Shown piece by piece: positions 8,913 through 16,783 of a DNA stretch of 53,431 bases. Location of the stretch: the IMG/VR virus record IMGVR_UViG_3300037518_000174, positions 1-53,431 of that record; one strand, given 5' to 3'. Each line of letters begins with the position of its first letter. Position 1 is the stretch's first letter. The notes beneath the pieces are model-generated. The model searched no databases, was not told where the DNA came from, and saw only the letters and a program-made list of their open reading frames with translations. Both the position numbers and the translations under genes were made by a program. The DNA is from a virus. Its lineage: Duplodnaviria > Caudoviricetes.

Positions 8913-9311
8913 CTATTCCTTGTGTACTGGCTTTCTTGCATGAAGGTCAGTGAAGTCCACGCCTTCCTCGACGACGGCGGAAATGCCTTCAGCCCGAATG
9001 AGACGGTATTGATTCCCGTCCAATCCCGGCATCTGAATACCGCCGTACTTCTCGAACGCGACGCGATCACCGAGTTGAGGTGTTCTTCCCTTGGAATCGC
9101 CGTAGCGGACGATCTGGCCCTGGGAGTCTCTTTCAACGTAGTCAACCCATGCGTCCGGGCCTTTATCGACCAGAACACCGATCGACTGCGCTAAAGCGTG
9201 CGTGTCGCCTATCGTGTCCGGTATGACGATTCCACCTGCTGTGACCTTCTCTACCTCGTCTGGCCTAATCAGTACCCGGTTCCCTATCGGGCGAATCCCC
9301 GATTGATTCAT
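8913..9311 (-). CDS. groES: co-chaperonin GroES (Cpn10)
   Basis: IRPIGNRVLIRP...TAGGIVIPD mobile loop; GDRVAFEKYGG...YRLI. Confidence 0.9.
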   Translation of the reverse strand: MNQSGIRPIGNRVLIRPDEVEKVTAGGIVIPDTIGDTHALAQSIGVLVDKGPDAWVDYVERDSQGQIVRYGDSKGRTPQLGDRVAFEKYGGIQMPGLDGNQYRLIRAEGISAVVEEGVDFTDLHARKPVHKE

Positions 9312-9564
9312 CGATGTCTCCTACTGGCTCTAATGACTTGCTCTTGAATACGTCTTCCAAGTTCTCGTAAGCAGCCAGAAGACCGAACCTGTTCGCCCGA
9401 TCCGCCATCAAGGCTTCGGCGTTCTCGAAAACGTAGGGTTGGTCTCTCAGGCCGTCATCGGCCTGTTGCTTAAGGCTTGCTATGAGGTAGAAGAAATACT
9501 CCGTAACCTGGGACTCGAACCACTCGTCAATCCGATTCTGATCCGGCCTCGGCATCTTTTTCAT
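9265..9564 (-). CDS. hypothetical protein (typical post-portal small helical protein)
   Basis: W...VT..F pattern and position between portal and groES. Confidence 0.6.
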   Translation of the reverse strand: MKKMPRPDQNRIDEWFESQVTEYFFYLIASLKQQADDGLRDQPYVFENAEALMADRANRFGLLAAYENLEDVFKSKSLEPVGDIDESIGDSPDREPGTD

Positions 9565-11734
9565 GGATCACCTTCAATCTATCTGTCAGGGCTTCAAAGC
9601 GTTTGGTAATCGAGTCGAACTGCTCTTTGGTCGCGTCCGCATCGAGCTTTCCGGCTTTGTACTGGTTGAGGATTGTTTGTGATCGATCAACCTGAACCTT
9701 GCTCTCCGCAAGCACCGCGTTCGTTTCCTGACGAGCCTTCGATTCAATGGTCTTCCTCGCCTGATCTTCGGCCTTGAGTTGAATCTCTGGATTCGGCGGC
9801 GCGGGAATCAATGGTTGTCCCTTCTCGTCGATCGGGTAGATTTCCTGCCGGCTCGGAATGTCCATCGCCTCCAACAACAGCAACTCACCCTTCACCGTGT
9901 TGTAGTGCGGGACGGTTGACATTCTTTCCGCGACGAAATGCGCCTTGCTCAGCTTCTCCATGTTGGAGAAAGCATTCGGATCGGCAGCGGGCATCAAGTC
10001 CTTCGGGTCTCCCGAGTAATCTGACTTGCCGATCTGCATCGGGCCGTCCAGGGTTTCGAAATACTTGACCGGACTCACATACTGCCGATTCAGCATGTAG
10101 AGCTTTCTCGCTTCCTTTCTGAAGGAACGGTAGATCCGCTTGAAGATCCCGTTGAATAGCTGAAGTCCCTGCTCCAGCATCGCGTGATAGTTGTATGCCG
10201 GTGTGTTTTGTCCGGGGTTTGACCCTGACATCGCATCGTTGACGCTCGACACTCTCTCGGCATAACTGATAAGCAACGACAGAAGGTTGAACAGGACAGG
10301 TGAAGGCATATTAACCGGAAGGGGAACGAGCGAGTCTTTCAGAGTTTGCCCTGCTACGTTCACCCGCTTCCATTCGTAGGGTGTATTGAATCGGATGACT
10401 CCGCCCTCGATTCTCGCGCCCCTCCCGATAAAACCGTGATTGCCGTTGTTCAAGGTTCCGGAGTCGATTAGCTGATTGATTAAGGTATTGACCGAATCGT
10501 TCAGCGGCCCCAAAAGAGCCCCCATCCCCAGATCGTAGAAACCACCATCCGGGGACGGGATGAAACCGTACTTCGTGTAGTACTCCTCGACTTCGATATT
10601 CAGGACTTTAGGATTAACTTCGTTGTCCTGCTGTAAGGCTCTGGCCTGCTCCGTCAAGGTCTGCTGTTGAGCCTTGAGCTGCATGACCATCTGTTCGGCT
10701 TCCCGAAGGGCCTGCACGTTCTGGGGGCCTTCCTTGCCTGTCGGTGCTTGGAGTTGGGTAACAATCTGCTGGACCTGAGCGTCGATCGTCTTGATCTGCT
10801 CGACGATCTGCTCGATCTTCAAGGATTGCTCGGTCTCGACTTTCGAGAATCGGTTGACGATCCTGAGACACTTCTTCGACGACTTATCGACAACGATCAC
10901 GTAGGGCTCTGGAAGTCCGTCGTCGTCCAGATCCCAGTAGCAATGTTGTTCCAGCAATGGGCGGGGCTTCTTCTTATCCTCCGTTGGCTCTCTGACTCCC
11001 TGACGTTTGTCGGAGATTTTCTTATCGCCCCTCGGCTGAATATTCCCTAGCTCTTTATCGGAATAGACGCCTCGTAACTGTCTGGCCCTGATCTCTCTAT
11101 CGTAGAGCTCAAATTCCTCGGTCTTGCGCTCGCAGTCCTCGATGGAGTTGGCGTAGTAGGAGACAACAAGGTTTTGAGGAAGGACCAGCTTGGAAATGTT
11201 GTGTCGTTTAACAGGATCGTAAAAAGACTTCTTGAACACCGTCCCGAGTATCGGAAGGGCGATCAGAGCCTTGTCGAAGTCCTCCTCCCAGTTCTCGTCC
11301 TCCTCCAACAGCTGGTAGGACATATGGTGTGAGATTCTTTGGGCTCGCGCGGCTTTCTCGCCGTTCGGGTCTTCACCGACAACCCGGTACTTGACGACCT
11401 CGGGAGGCTTGACCAACACAGGATAGGAGCGGGCAGAGAATTGAAGTGCCCCTATGGTGACGAGCGGGAACTTGACGTTGCTCGCGTTAGGCCAAGGCAC
11501 CGACTTCTTCTCGACGATCTGGAGCGCCAACTTAATGGCGTTCTCCATCCGCTCTTCCCAATCGGATCGGGATTGCTTGTCGATCTCATAGGACTCGTAG
11601 ACAGCACGGCCGATCTCGTCGGACAGTTCTTCGCCAAGCAAAGGTTCGATGTTGTCTGACTTTTGAAGCTCCCAAATAGAAAGGCCCCTTTCCGGGGCCT
11701 CTTCTTCGGTTGTCTTCGTTGCGTAGTCTGCCAT
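9527..11734 (-). CDS. portal protein (P22-like podovirus type)
   Basis: D..SR..W, PWPNASNV..P, G..FKK..YD, YGFIPS.DGGFY..G, NQLIDSGTL.N; follows terL. Confidence 0.9.
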   Translation of the reverse strand: MADYATKTTEEEAPERGLSIWELQKSDNIEPLLGEELSDEIGRAVYESYEIDKQSRSDWEERMENAIKLALQIVEKKSVPWPNASNVKFPLVTIGALQFSARSYPVLVKPPEVVKYRVVGEDPNGEKAARAQRISHHMSYQLLEEDENWEEDFDKALIALPILGTVFKKSFYDPVKRHNISKLVLPQNLVVSYYANSIEDCERKTEEFELYDREIRARQLRGVYSDKELGNIQPRGDKKISDKRQGVREPTEDKKKPRPLLEQHCYWDLDDDGLPEPYVIVVDKSSKKCLRIVNRFSKVETEQSLKIEQIVEQIKTIDAQVQQIVTQLQAPTGKEGPQNVQALREAEQMVMQLKAQQQTLTEQARALQQDNEVNPKVLNIEVEEYYTKYGFIPSPDGGFYDLGMGALLGPLNDSVNTLINQLIDSGTLNNGNHGFIGRGARIEGGVIRFNTPYEWKRVNVAGQTLKDSLVPLPVNMPSPVLFNLLSLLISYAERVSSVNDAMSGSNPGQNTPAYNYHAMLEQGLQLFNGIFKRIYRSFRKEARKLYMLNRQYVSPVKYFETLDGPMQIGKSDYSGDPKDLMPAADPNAFSNMEKLSKAHFVAERMSTVPHYNTVKGELLLLEAMDIPSRQEIYPIDEKGQPLIPAPPNPEIQLKAEDQARKTIESKARQETNAVLAESKVQVDRSQTILNQYKAGKLDADATKEQFDSITKRFEALTDRLKVIHEKDAEAGSESD

Positions 11735-13254
11735 TAGTATCCTGTGGTCATGTTCCTACCCAAATCCATGTGCTTCTCGAAAGCCTCCTGATACTCCCAC
11801 TCCTCCGCTTCCTCGGATGTGGGAGGTTCGATCATCTCGTCTACAATCAGCCCCAACCAGGCAAAGGCGTCGAACTGATCCTTGTAGGCGTACTTCGGAA
11901 ACTTCGTGATTTCTTCCTCAAAGTCCGGGTACCAATCGGCGTCCTTGTCGAACCTAACCCTTCTCGCTCGGGTTCTTGCCTGCATTCCCCGGGCACGTTT
12001 GTCCTTGTCCTTCGTGGGCGGAGCGTCGTCGATGTTGATGAACGGATTCCCGTTCTTGCCCATCTCGTTGTAGAGAACGGGTCCAATAGACTTAGCGATG
12101 TTCTCCGACTCCACTCGGAAGAAAGAGGGCTCATACGCCTTCTGGACCGCGAAGAACTCCTCGAGAATTTCAAGCGCGTCCCACCGGCCCTTTCGCACGT
12201 CAACGATGTGGAGGATTCCGTCGGAATCGACACCGCCTATCACAAAGGCGGTGTAAGCACTTCTATCCGTTTCGCCGATCGCAAGGTCTACTCCGACGTA
12301 GTACTCCTTCGTTCGACTTCGATCTTCGTCCGTCATTGGAACCAGATCGGAGACTCGGAAGTAACCCGTCGTCTCGTCAATCGGGTTGTTCAAATACTCC
12401 TGGCCGTAGATATCCAATATTCCACGGTCAGCGAAGTCCCTTCGCTCCTGTAGCCACCACTCCAATGTGTGAAGCTCGGGCCAAAGAAACTCCGTCATAT
12501 CGTGATCGTGAGCCCTGTATTTGACGGACATCCACGGATGAATGCCTGTCGAATACACCCTCAACGGTTCGATAACAGTGTCTTTCAACTTCTCGTTCGG
12601 CATCGTGCCTTCGAGGAAAGAGCCAAAACCAATGATCGTTCCTACTGCACGGATTCTGCCGTTGTTCCTGACGATCGGCTTGATGGCGCCGTACATATTC
12701 TTCAGGAACTTGTCCCTCCGGGCTTCGTTGAGCACCATTTCCTCGTCTTCGCAATCATCCATCAGGATCTCGTCGGGACGTTTTCGCTCCCACTTCAATC
12801 CCCGGATCTTCTGATCTGTTCCCCTCCCGATGACTCTCGACTTCGAGCCGTCCTTGAACTCGAAGATCAACTCAGTCTCAGTCTCCTTCTTGAACTTGTG
12901 GAACTCCATGTACTGGCGGAGTCTTTCGTTCTCCGCCAGCTCCACCTTGATCTCGTTGATGAACTGAGCCGCGTTGGTCTCGTTCGAGCTTAGAATCAGA
13001 AGATGTCTACAGGATCGAAAGCAGACCCGAAACAGCACATACGCGAACGTGATAGCCGTCGATTTCGCGTGACCCCTGGGGGCGGCGGCGGAACACTGCC
13101 TGTGCTCGGACAGAAACAGCGCCCACAATTCTCTATGGAAAGCCGGAGTCGGACGCGGCTCGTCGTATCGATCCAGTAGAAATTCGTTGGTGAAACCTTC
13201 TAGCGCCTCTGCAAACTCCCAATCCTGTTGTGTTAGGTTGGGTATGCGCTCCAT
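11734..13254 (-). CDS. terL: terminase large subunit
   Basis: Walker A APRGHAKST, Walker B RPDEILMDDCE, QEYLNNP, RNase H-like GVDLA, and FP...KDQFDA. Confidence 0.95.
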   Translation of the reverse strand: MERIPNLTQQDWEFAEALEGFTNEFLLDRYDEPRPTPAFHRELWALFLSEHRQCSAAAPRGHAKSTAITFAYVLFRVCFRSCRHLLILSSNETNAAQFINEIKVELAENERLRQYMEFHKFKKETETELIFEFKDGSKSRVIGRGTDQKIRGLKWERKRPDEILMDDCEDEEMVLNEARRDKFLKNMYGAIKPIVRNNGRIRAVGTIIGFGSFLEGTMPNEKLKDTVIEPLRVYSTGIHPWMSVKYRAHDHDMTEFLWPELHTLEWWLQERRDFADRGILDIYGQEYLNNPIDETTGYFRVSDLVPMTDEDRSRTKEYYVGVDLAIGETDRSAYTAFVIGGVDSDGILHIVDVRKGRWDALEILEEFFAVQKAYEPSFFRVESENIAKSIGPVLYNEMGKNGNPFINIDDAPPTKDKDKRARGMQARTRARRVRFDKDADWYPDFEEEITKFPKYAYKDQFDAFAWLGLIVDEMIEPPTSEEAEEWEYQEAFEKHMDLGRNMTTGY

Positions 13255-13439
13255 CAGGTTTGTCGTTTCAGCTCTTTACGTGCCTTACCCAGCTCTTTGG
13301 CAAGATCCCCGCAAAGCTCCAACAGCTCCGCACGGTCCTTGTGGGCCTGGCTCTTGAGCTCGTTCATCAGCTTTACGCTCTGAGTGGACTTCATTTCCTC
13401 AAGTTCGCGGTGCCTTGAGCGGATTAGGTCTAGGCTCAT
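13254..13439 (-). CDS. hypothetical coiled-coil protein
   Basis: Start and stop overlap neighbouring genes. Confidence 0.55.
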   Translation of the reverse strand: MSLDLIRSRHRELEEMKSTQSVKLMNELKSQAHKDRAELLELCGDLAKELGKARKELKRQT

Positions 13440-13645
13440 TTCACACCGTAGCTGTTGACGGGGAAGATAGGACGGGACGTAAGCGATACGTTGTCCACCA
13501 CCTGATTCATCAACCGATTCAATCCTTCCTGTGCTTCAGCTACGGACATCCAATCAGGAGCAATCGGCTCGATAATCTCGCCATCCTGCTCCATCGGCAT
13601 GAAGGGAGCGACGAAGGCGGTGCCGAGTAACTGTCTACGATTCAA
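13436..13645 (-). CDS. hypothetical protein with twin-Arg-like N-terminus (MNRRQLL)
   Basis: Coupled to neighbours; the RR motif lacks a full hydrophobic h-region. Confidence 0.45.
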   Translation of the reverse strand: MNRRQLLGTAFVAPFMPMEQDGEIIEPIAPDWMSVAEAQEGLNRLMNQVVDNVSLTSRPIFPVNSYGVK

Positions 13646-13910
13646 GGGGCTCCCTCCAATGCTCTAAGGCCCGTAACTGACTGTCCGCCAAGAACGCAAC
13701 CTCGTCCTGACGGTTCAGGCCACAACGATAACGATTCACCGTCCTGAGATTCCCATTGTCGTGACGGTCAATCGCCAGAATGAACAACCCGTCTGCCGGC
13801 GTCTCTCCGGCCTCGATCTGAGCGATAACAAGCTTCAAAAGATCAAGAGGACGCATCTCCTTGTTGTCGGTGATCTTCTCCAGCCGACGAAGCTCGAACT
13901 CACTGACCAT
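13635..13910 (-). CDS. hypothetical protein (probable start MVSEFE at 13910)
   Basis: Strong AGGAGGAAGG RBS before ATG 13910. Confidence 0.6.
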   Translation of the reverse strand: MVSEFELRRLEKITDNKEMRPLDLLKLVIAQIEAGETPADGLFILAIDRHDNGNLRTVNRYRCGLNRQDEVAFLADSQLRALEHWREPLES

Positions 13911-13924
13911 CCTTCCTCCTCGCT

Positions 13925-14488
13925 CTACTCGCTCGCTGGCGACAGGAGAGAGTCGCGTAACATTCCCTCTGGAACCGAAGTGGACCCCCAAACGACGCGA
14001 TACCACGATTGCCTCAACGCCTTCAAATCCATCCTTGCCTGGTAAAGCAAATTGCTTCCTTGAGCCATATCCTTCTCTCGGCTAGAAATTCTGGCATCAA
14101 TCGCATCTAGCCGCTTTCCAAGTCTGTCAATCTCAACCGACTGATCCAGATCTCGAAGCAACGACTCAAGCTCATTTCGATAAGTGCTGAACACATGCTT
14201 CGCCACAAAAAATTGGAAGCTAGCCGGCTCCAGATATACCCGACCATTGCGAGCCCCAATCCGTACACCAGTTAAATCTCCAGAAGAAAACATCCGGCAA
14301 AGATCTGTTCGACTGATGCTCAACCCCAAGTCCCAACAAATGTTACGAGCCTCCGTTGTCGTCAGATACCCTTCCGGCTTTCCTGATACGGTCGGCCTTA
14401 CGCCTTCTCTCTCTTCTACAGGCCTGGCATCGGCTCGGTCTGGGGCCCCTGCGAACAAGCTCCTGAATCTCTCGATTACAGTCCGCAC
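13925..14488 (-). CDS. excisionase/MerR-like (HTH_17-type) DNA-binding protein
   Basis: YLTTTEA...LSISRTDLCRMFSSGDLTGVRIG...GRVYL winged-HTH pattern followed by a coiled coil. Confidence 0.55.
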   Translation of the reverse strand: MRTVIERFRSLFAGAPDRADARPVEEREGVRPTVSGKPEGYLTTTEARNICWDLGLSISRTDLCRMFSSGDLTGVRIGARNGRVYLEPASFQFFVAKHVFSTYRNELESLLRDLDQSVEIDRLGKRLDAIDARISSREKDMAQGSNLLYQARMDLKALRQSWYRVVWGSTSVPEGMLRDSLLSPASE

Positions 14489-14717
14489 AAACGTACTCCC
14501 AATACTTCACAACCTTCATTCCGCATAGTTTACCGCATTATCTGCGCGGAAAAGGCCGTTTTGTTTTTGCTGCCGGATAGCTTGGAGGGGCCTGAGTCGT
14601 CTCGATGAACCGTTTTGCCCCCAGTCTCCTTAACGTCCCTCATGGGACCCATTTCAGAACCGAAAACACTCACGATCCGCGCACCTTCGCATACCTAATG
14701 CGACGCACGTGCTTTGT

Positions 14718-14730
14718 AATCAATAACTTA
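14718..14730 (+). promoter_or_regulatory. IHF-binding consensus in the gap downstream of terS (candidate packaging-initiation region)
   Basis: AATCAATAACTTA matches WATCAANNNNTTR. Confidence 0.5.
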
Positions 14731-14841
14731 CGTGCTTAGAGCGTTGCCTTGCTTAGTCTCGGGCCTCGTTGTAGGCCATGAGTAGGCGCAATGAGAGGGC
14801 GTGTAAGCCCATGTTTTCGGCGTAAGCCATAGTAGCTCGCA

Positions 14842-15369
14842 TTACCCATTCGTCCCGTACGCACTCTCATGTGCAGCCGTCGAGTGATCGAGCCTAATCT
14901 CAATGACTTCACCAGACTCAATAGCCTTCTGTTTGGCTGACTCTCTGAGCTTCGAGAGTCTGTCTTCTGTCGTAACTTCCTTGGCTGTAATGCTGGTCGG
15001 CTGGCCGAGGGAGATCCTGAGCTTGTCTGTGAATAATCCGGCAATCCATGCAGCGTCCTTGCCTGAGACTTGAACCCTGACCTTCTCACCATTCGTAAGG
15101 ACTCGCTCATCCCCGTTGTCTAGCCGGTCTTCGGTGGCGTCAAGGCTCTTGGTAATGATCTTGGTCAGCTTGGCTCGGTGCTCCTCCTGATACTCGGTCC
15201 TGATCTTTTCTGCTACCCGCTCGAATTGATCGGGGAAATGGTCACGCCAGTATCGGATGGTGCACTCGTCTATCCCAGTCAGCTCCTCGGCTTTCTTGAA
15301 TGAGCCCTCGATCACGTAGGCGGCTATGCCTAGCTCTCGCTCATGATCGCTGTACTTTCGGCCTGGCAT
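14842..15369 (-). CDS. terS: terminase small subunit
   Basis: N-terminal HTH (KYSD...GSFKKAEELTGIDECTIRYWR), helical oligomerisation region, and DK.....GQPTSIT tail; upstream of terL. Confidence 0.7.
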   Translation of the reverse strand: MPGRKYSDHERELGIAAYVIEGSFKKAEELTGIDECTIRYWRDHFPDQFERVAEKIRTEYQEEHRAKLTKIITKSLDATEDRLDNGDERVLTNGEKVRVQVSGKDAAWIAGLFTDKLRISLGQPTSITAKEVTTEDRLSKLRESAKQKAIESGEVIEIRLDHSTAAHESAYGTNG

Positions 15370-15373
15370 CTAT

Positions 15374-16141
15374 CTAACTCCCTGTTCTTGGTAAGTTTTG
15401 CTCAAACTCATCAAGCCATTCAATTAAAGAGATAACAATTGGCCTTACCTTGCGAGCTTCATCTGTGGTCAGCTCCGCTGCAACAACGGGTGACTTCCTG
15501 TGCAGAATATTATTCACAGACTTTAAGGTCGGGCCTGACGAATCACTAATCAGCCACACATAAGCGTCTGACGATCTCCTTTTCGTTGCAAGCGCAGCTA
15601 ATTGTCGCTTTGAAACCCCTCGATCGACGAGCTTATCGAATTTCTTTTTCTCGATTCTAGCGAACCTCACCGCATGAGCCGCATCATTCGCCGTTAACCC
15701 GGTCTGCCTCAATCTGCCACTGACTCCAAGAGGCTTACCCTTGCCTTTAGAGTCATCTATCACGCCAGATGCCGAGCCACCACGATGCGCATTGGCATAA
15801 TGCGTGTTGCACACTCCCCTAGAATAAACAGCATTAAGACACCCAGAAATCTTGCAAGCCTCAATCGATTTCTTTTTCGTAGGCCAAAGTAGCTCCGCTA
15901 ACTCAGCCATCTTGCGCAGAGAAACCTGATCAAGTTTATTGGCCTTGCGAAGATGCTCTTTATCCTTGTGAATCTTCGACCAGAATGCGTATCTATCAGC
16001 GTAGTCCTTCCAATATCTCGCGTCGTCAAGAGTAATGCAGGCATCCAAATACTTAATCGCTCGCTCGTATTCGACTATCTCGAACGGCTTGCGTCCGCCA
16101 GTAATCTGTCGTGCCTGCTGTTCAGTAATGACTGCTTTCAT
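15374..16141 (-). CDS. basic putative DNA-binding protein with a CxxxxC..CxxHY Zn finger
   Basis: CKISGCLNAVYSRGVCNTHY motif; basic composition; more AT-rich than flanks. Confidence 0.55.
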   Translation of the reverse strand: MKAVITEQQARQITGGRKPFEIVEYERAIKYLDACITLDDARYWKDYADRYAFWSKIHKDKEHLRKANKLDQVSLRKMAELAELLWPTKKKSIEACKISGCLNAVYSRGVCNTHYANAHRGGSASGVIDDSKGKGKPLGVSGRLRQTGLTANDAAHAVRFARIEKKKFDKLVDRGVSKRQLAALATKRRSSDAYVWLISDSSGPTLKSVNNILHRKSPVVAAELTTDEARKVRPIVISLIEWLDEFEQNLPRTGS

Positions 16142-16145
16142 CTCT

Positions 16146-16436
16146 CTACAAATCCTCGGTGCTGACTTGGTTGGTGCTCAAAAACTCGTCTTCGGGCTCA
16201 GGGCTCAACTGCGCTGTGTGCCGCTCGCCCCGTGCCCTGAGTAGATCCTGGGGGTGCCGGGATTCGATGAACTCAGGCAATACCCAGAGTCCGTCCCATT
16301 GCTCTACCAGCTCGCCCCGCTTGGCCCTGAAGCCTGACCTATCGCAGATGTCGTATGTGCTCGGATGCTCTTGGGCATCGGGGTTGGTCTCGGAGTAGTC
16401 CGAGAATGTGCCTGCGGGCTTCTCAGAGTCGCTCAC
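16146..16436 (-). CDS. small virion-associated protein, paralog of 43098..43463 (probable GTG start at 16436)
   Basis: SDSEKPAGTFSDYSETN...ICDRSGFR...GLWVLPEF..SRHPQ; GTG overlaps the upstream TGA. Confidence 0.75.
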   Translation of the reverse strand: MSDSEKPAGTFSDYSETNPDAQEHPSTYDICDRSGFRAKRGELVEQWDGLWVLPEFIESRHPQDLLRARGERHTAQLSPEPEDEFLSTNQVSTEDL

Positions 16437-16780
16437 GCGCAATCGCTGTCACAGACGGAAATGATATGACCCGACTCCACACCTAGGATTTTCTCGGCAT
16501 CGGCCGGTATCCAGTGTGAGCCCGTGGTCGCATTCGTCCCGCCAGGGCTGATGTTGTAGAAGGTCTTTCCGTCACAGATGATCCCTATGAACCGCGTGGT
16601 CTGCGCAAAAGGGGCAGAATCAACAGCGGTCGAGAAATCATCAAGATGCTGCTCTGGCCTGTCACCGTCATCGTGTGCGGCCGGAATATTGACGTTCGCA
16701 ACATCGGTGTACTCGATAATGTGGCAGTCGGTCGCCCATGCACTGACAGGAAATAGGAAAATCAGTAGAAATCGCTTCAT
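16433..16780 (-). CDS. signal-peptide-bearing paralog of 51660..51959 (putative spike-base protein)
   Basis: Sec-type signal MKRFLLIFLFPVSAWA; the mature part aligns with 51660 (S.PF...T, ATT...W.PAD, V..GH.ISV). Confidence 0.8.
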   Translation of the reverse strand: MKRFLLIFLFPVSAWATDCHIIEYTDVANVNIPAAHDDGDRPEQHLDDFSTAVDSAPFAQTTRFIGIICDGKTFYNISPGGTNATTGSHWIPADAEKILGVESGHIISVCDSDCA

Positions 16781-16783
16781 GGT

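Noticed and set aside
7633-12993. Long + strand ORFs antisense to head and terminase genes (e.g. 8317..8943, 11710..12453)
   Set aside because: These are shadow ORFs caused by codon bias of the real - strand genes; they have no motifs or RBS.
13436-13645. Tat-exported protein
   Set aside because: The MNRRQLL motif is followed by too short a hydrophobic region and no cleavage site.
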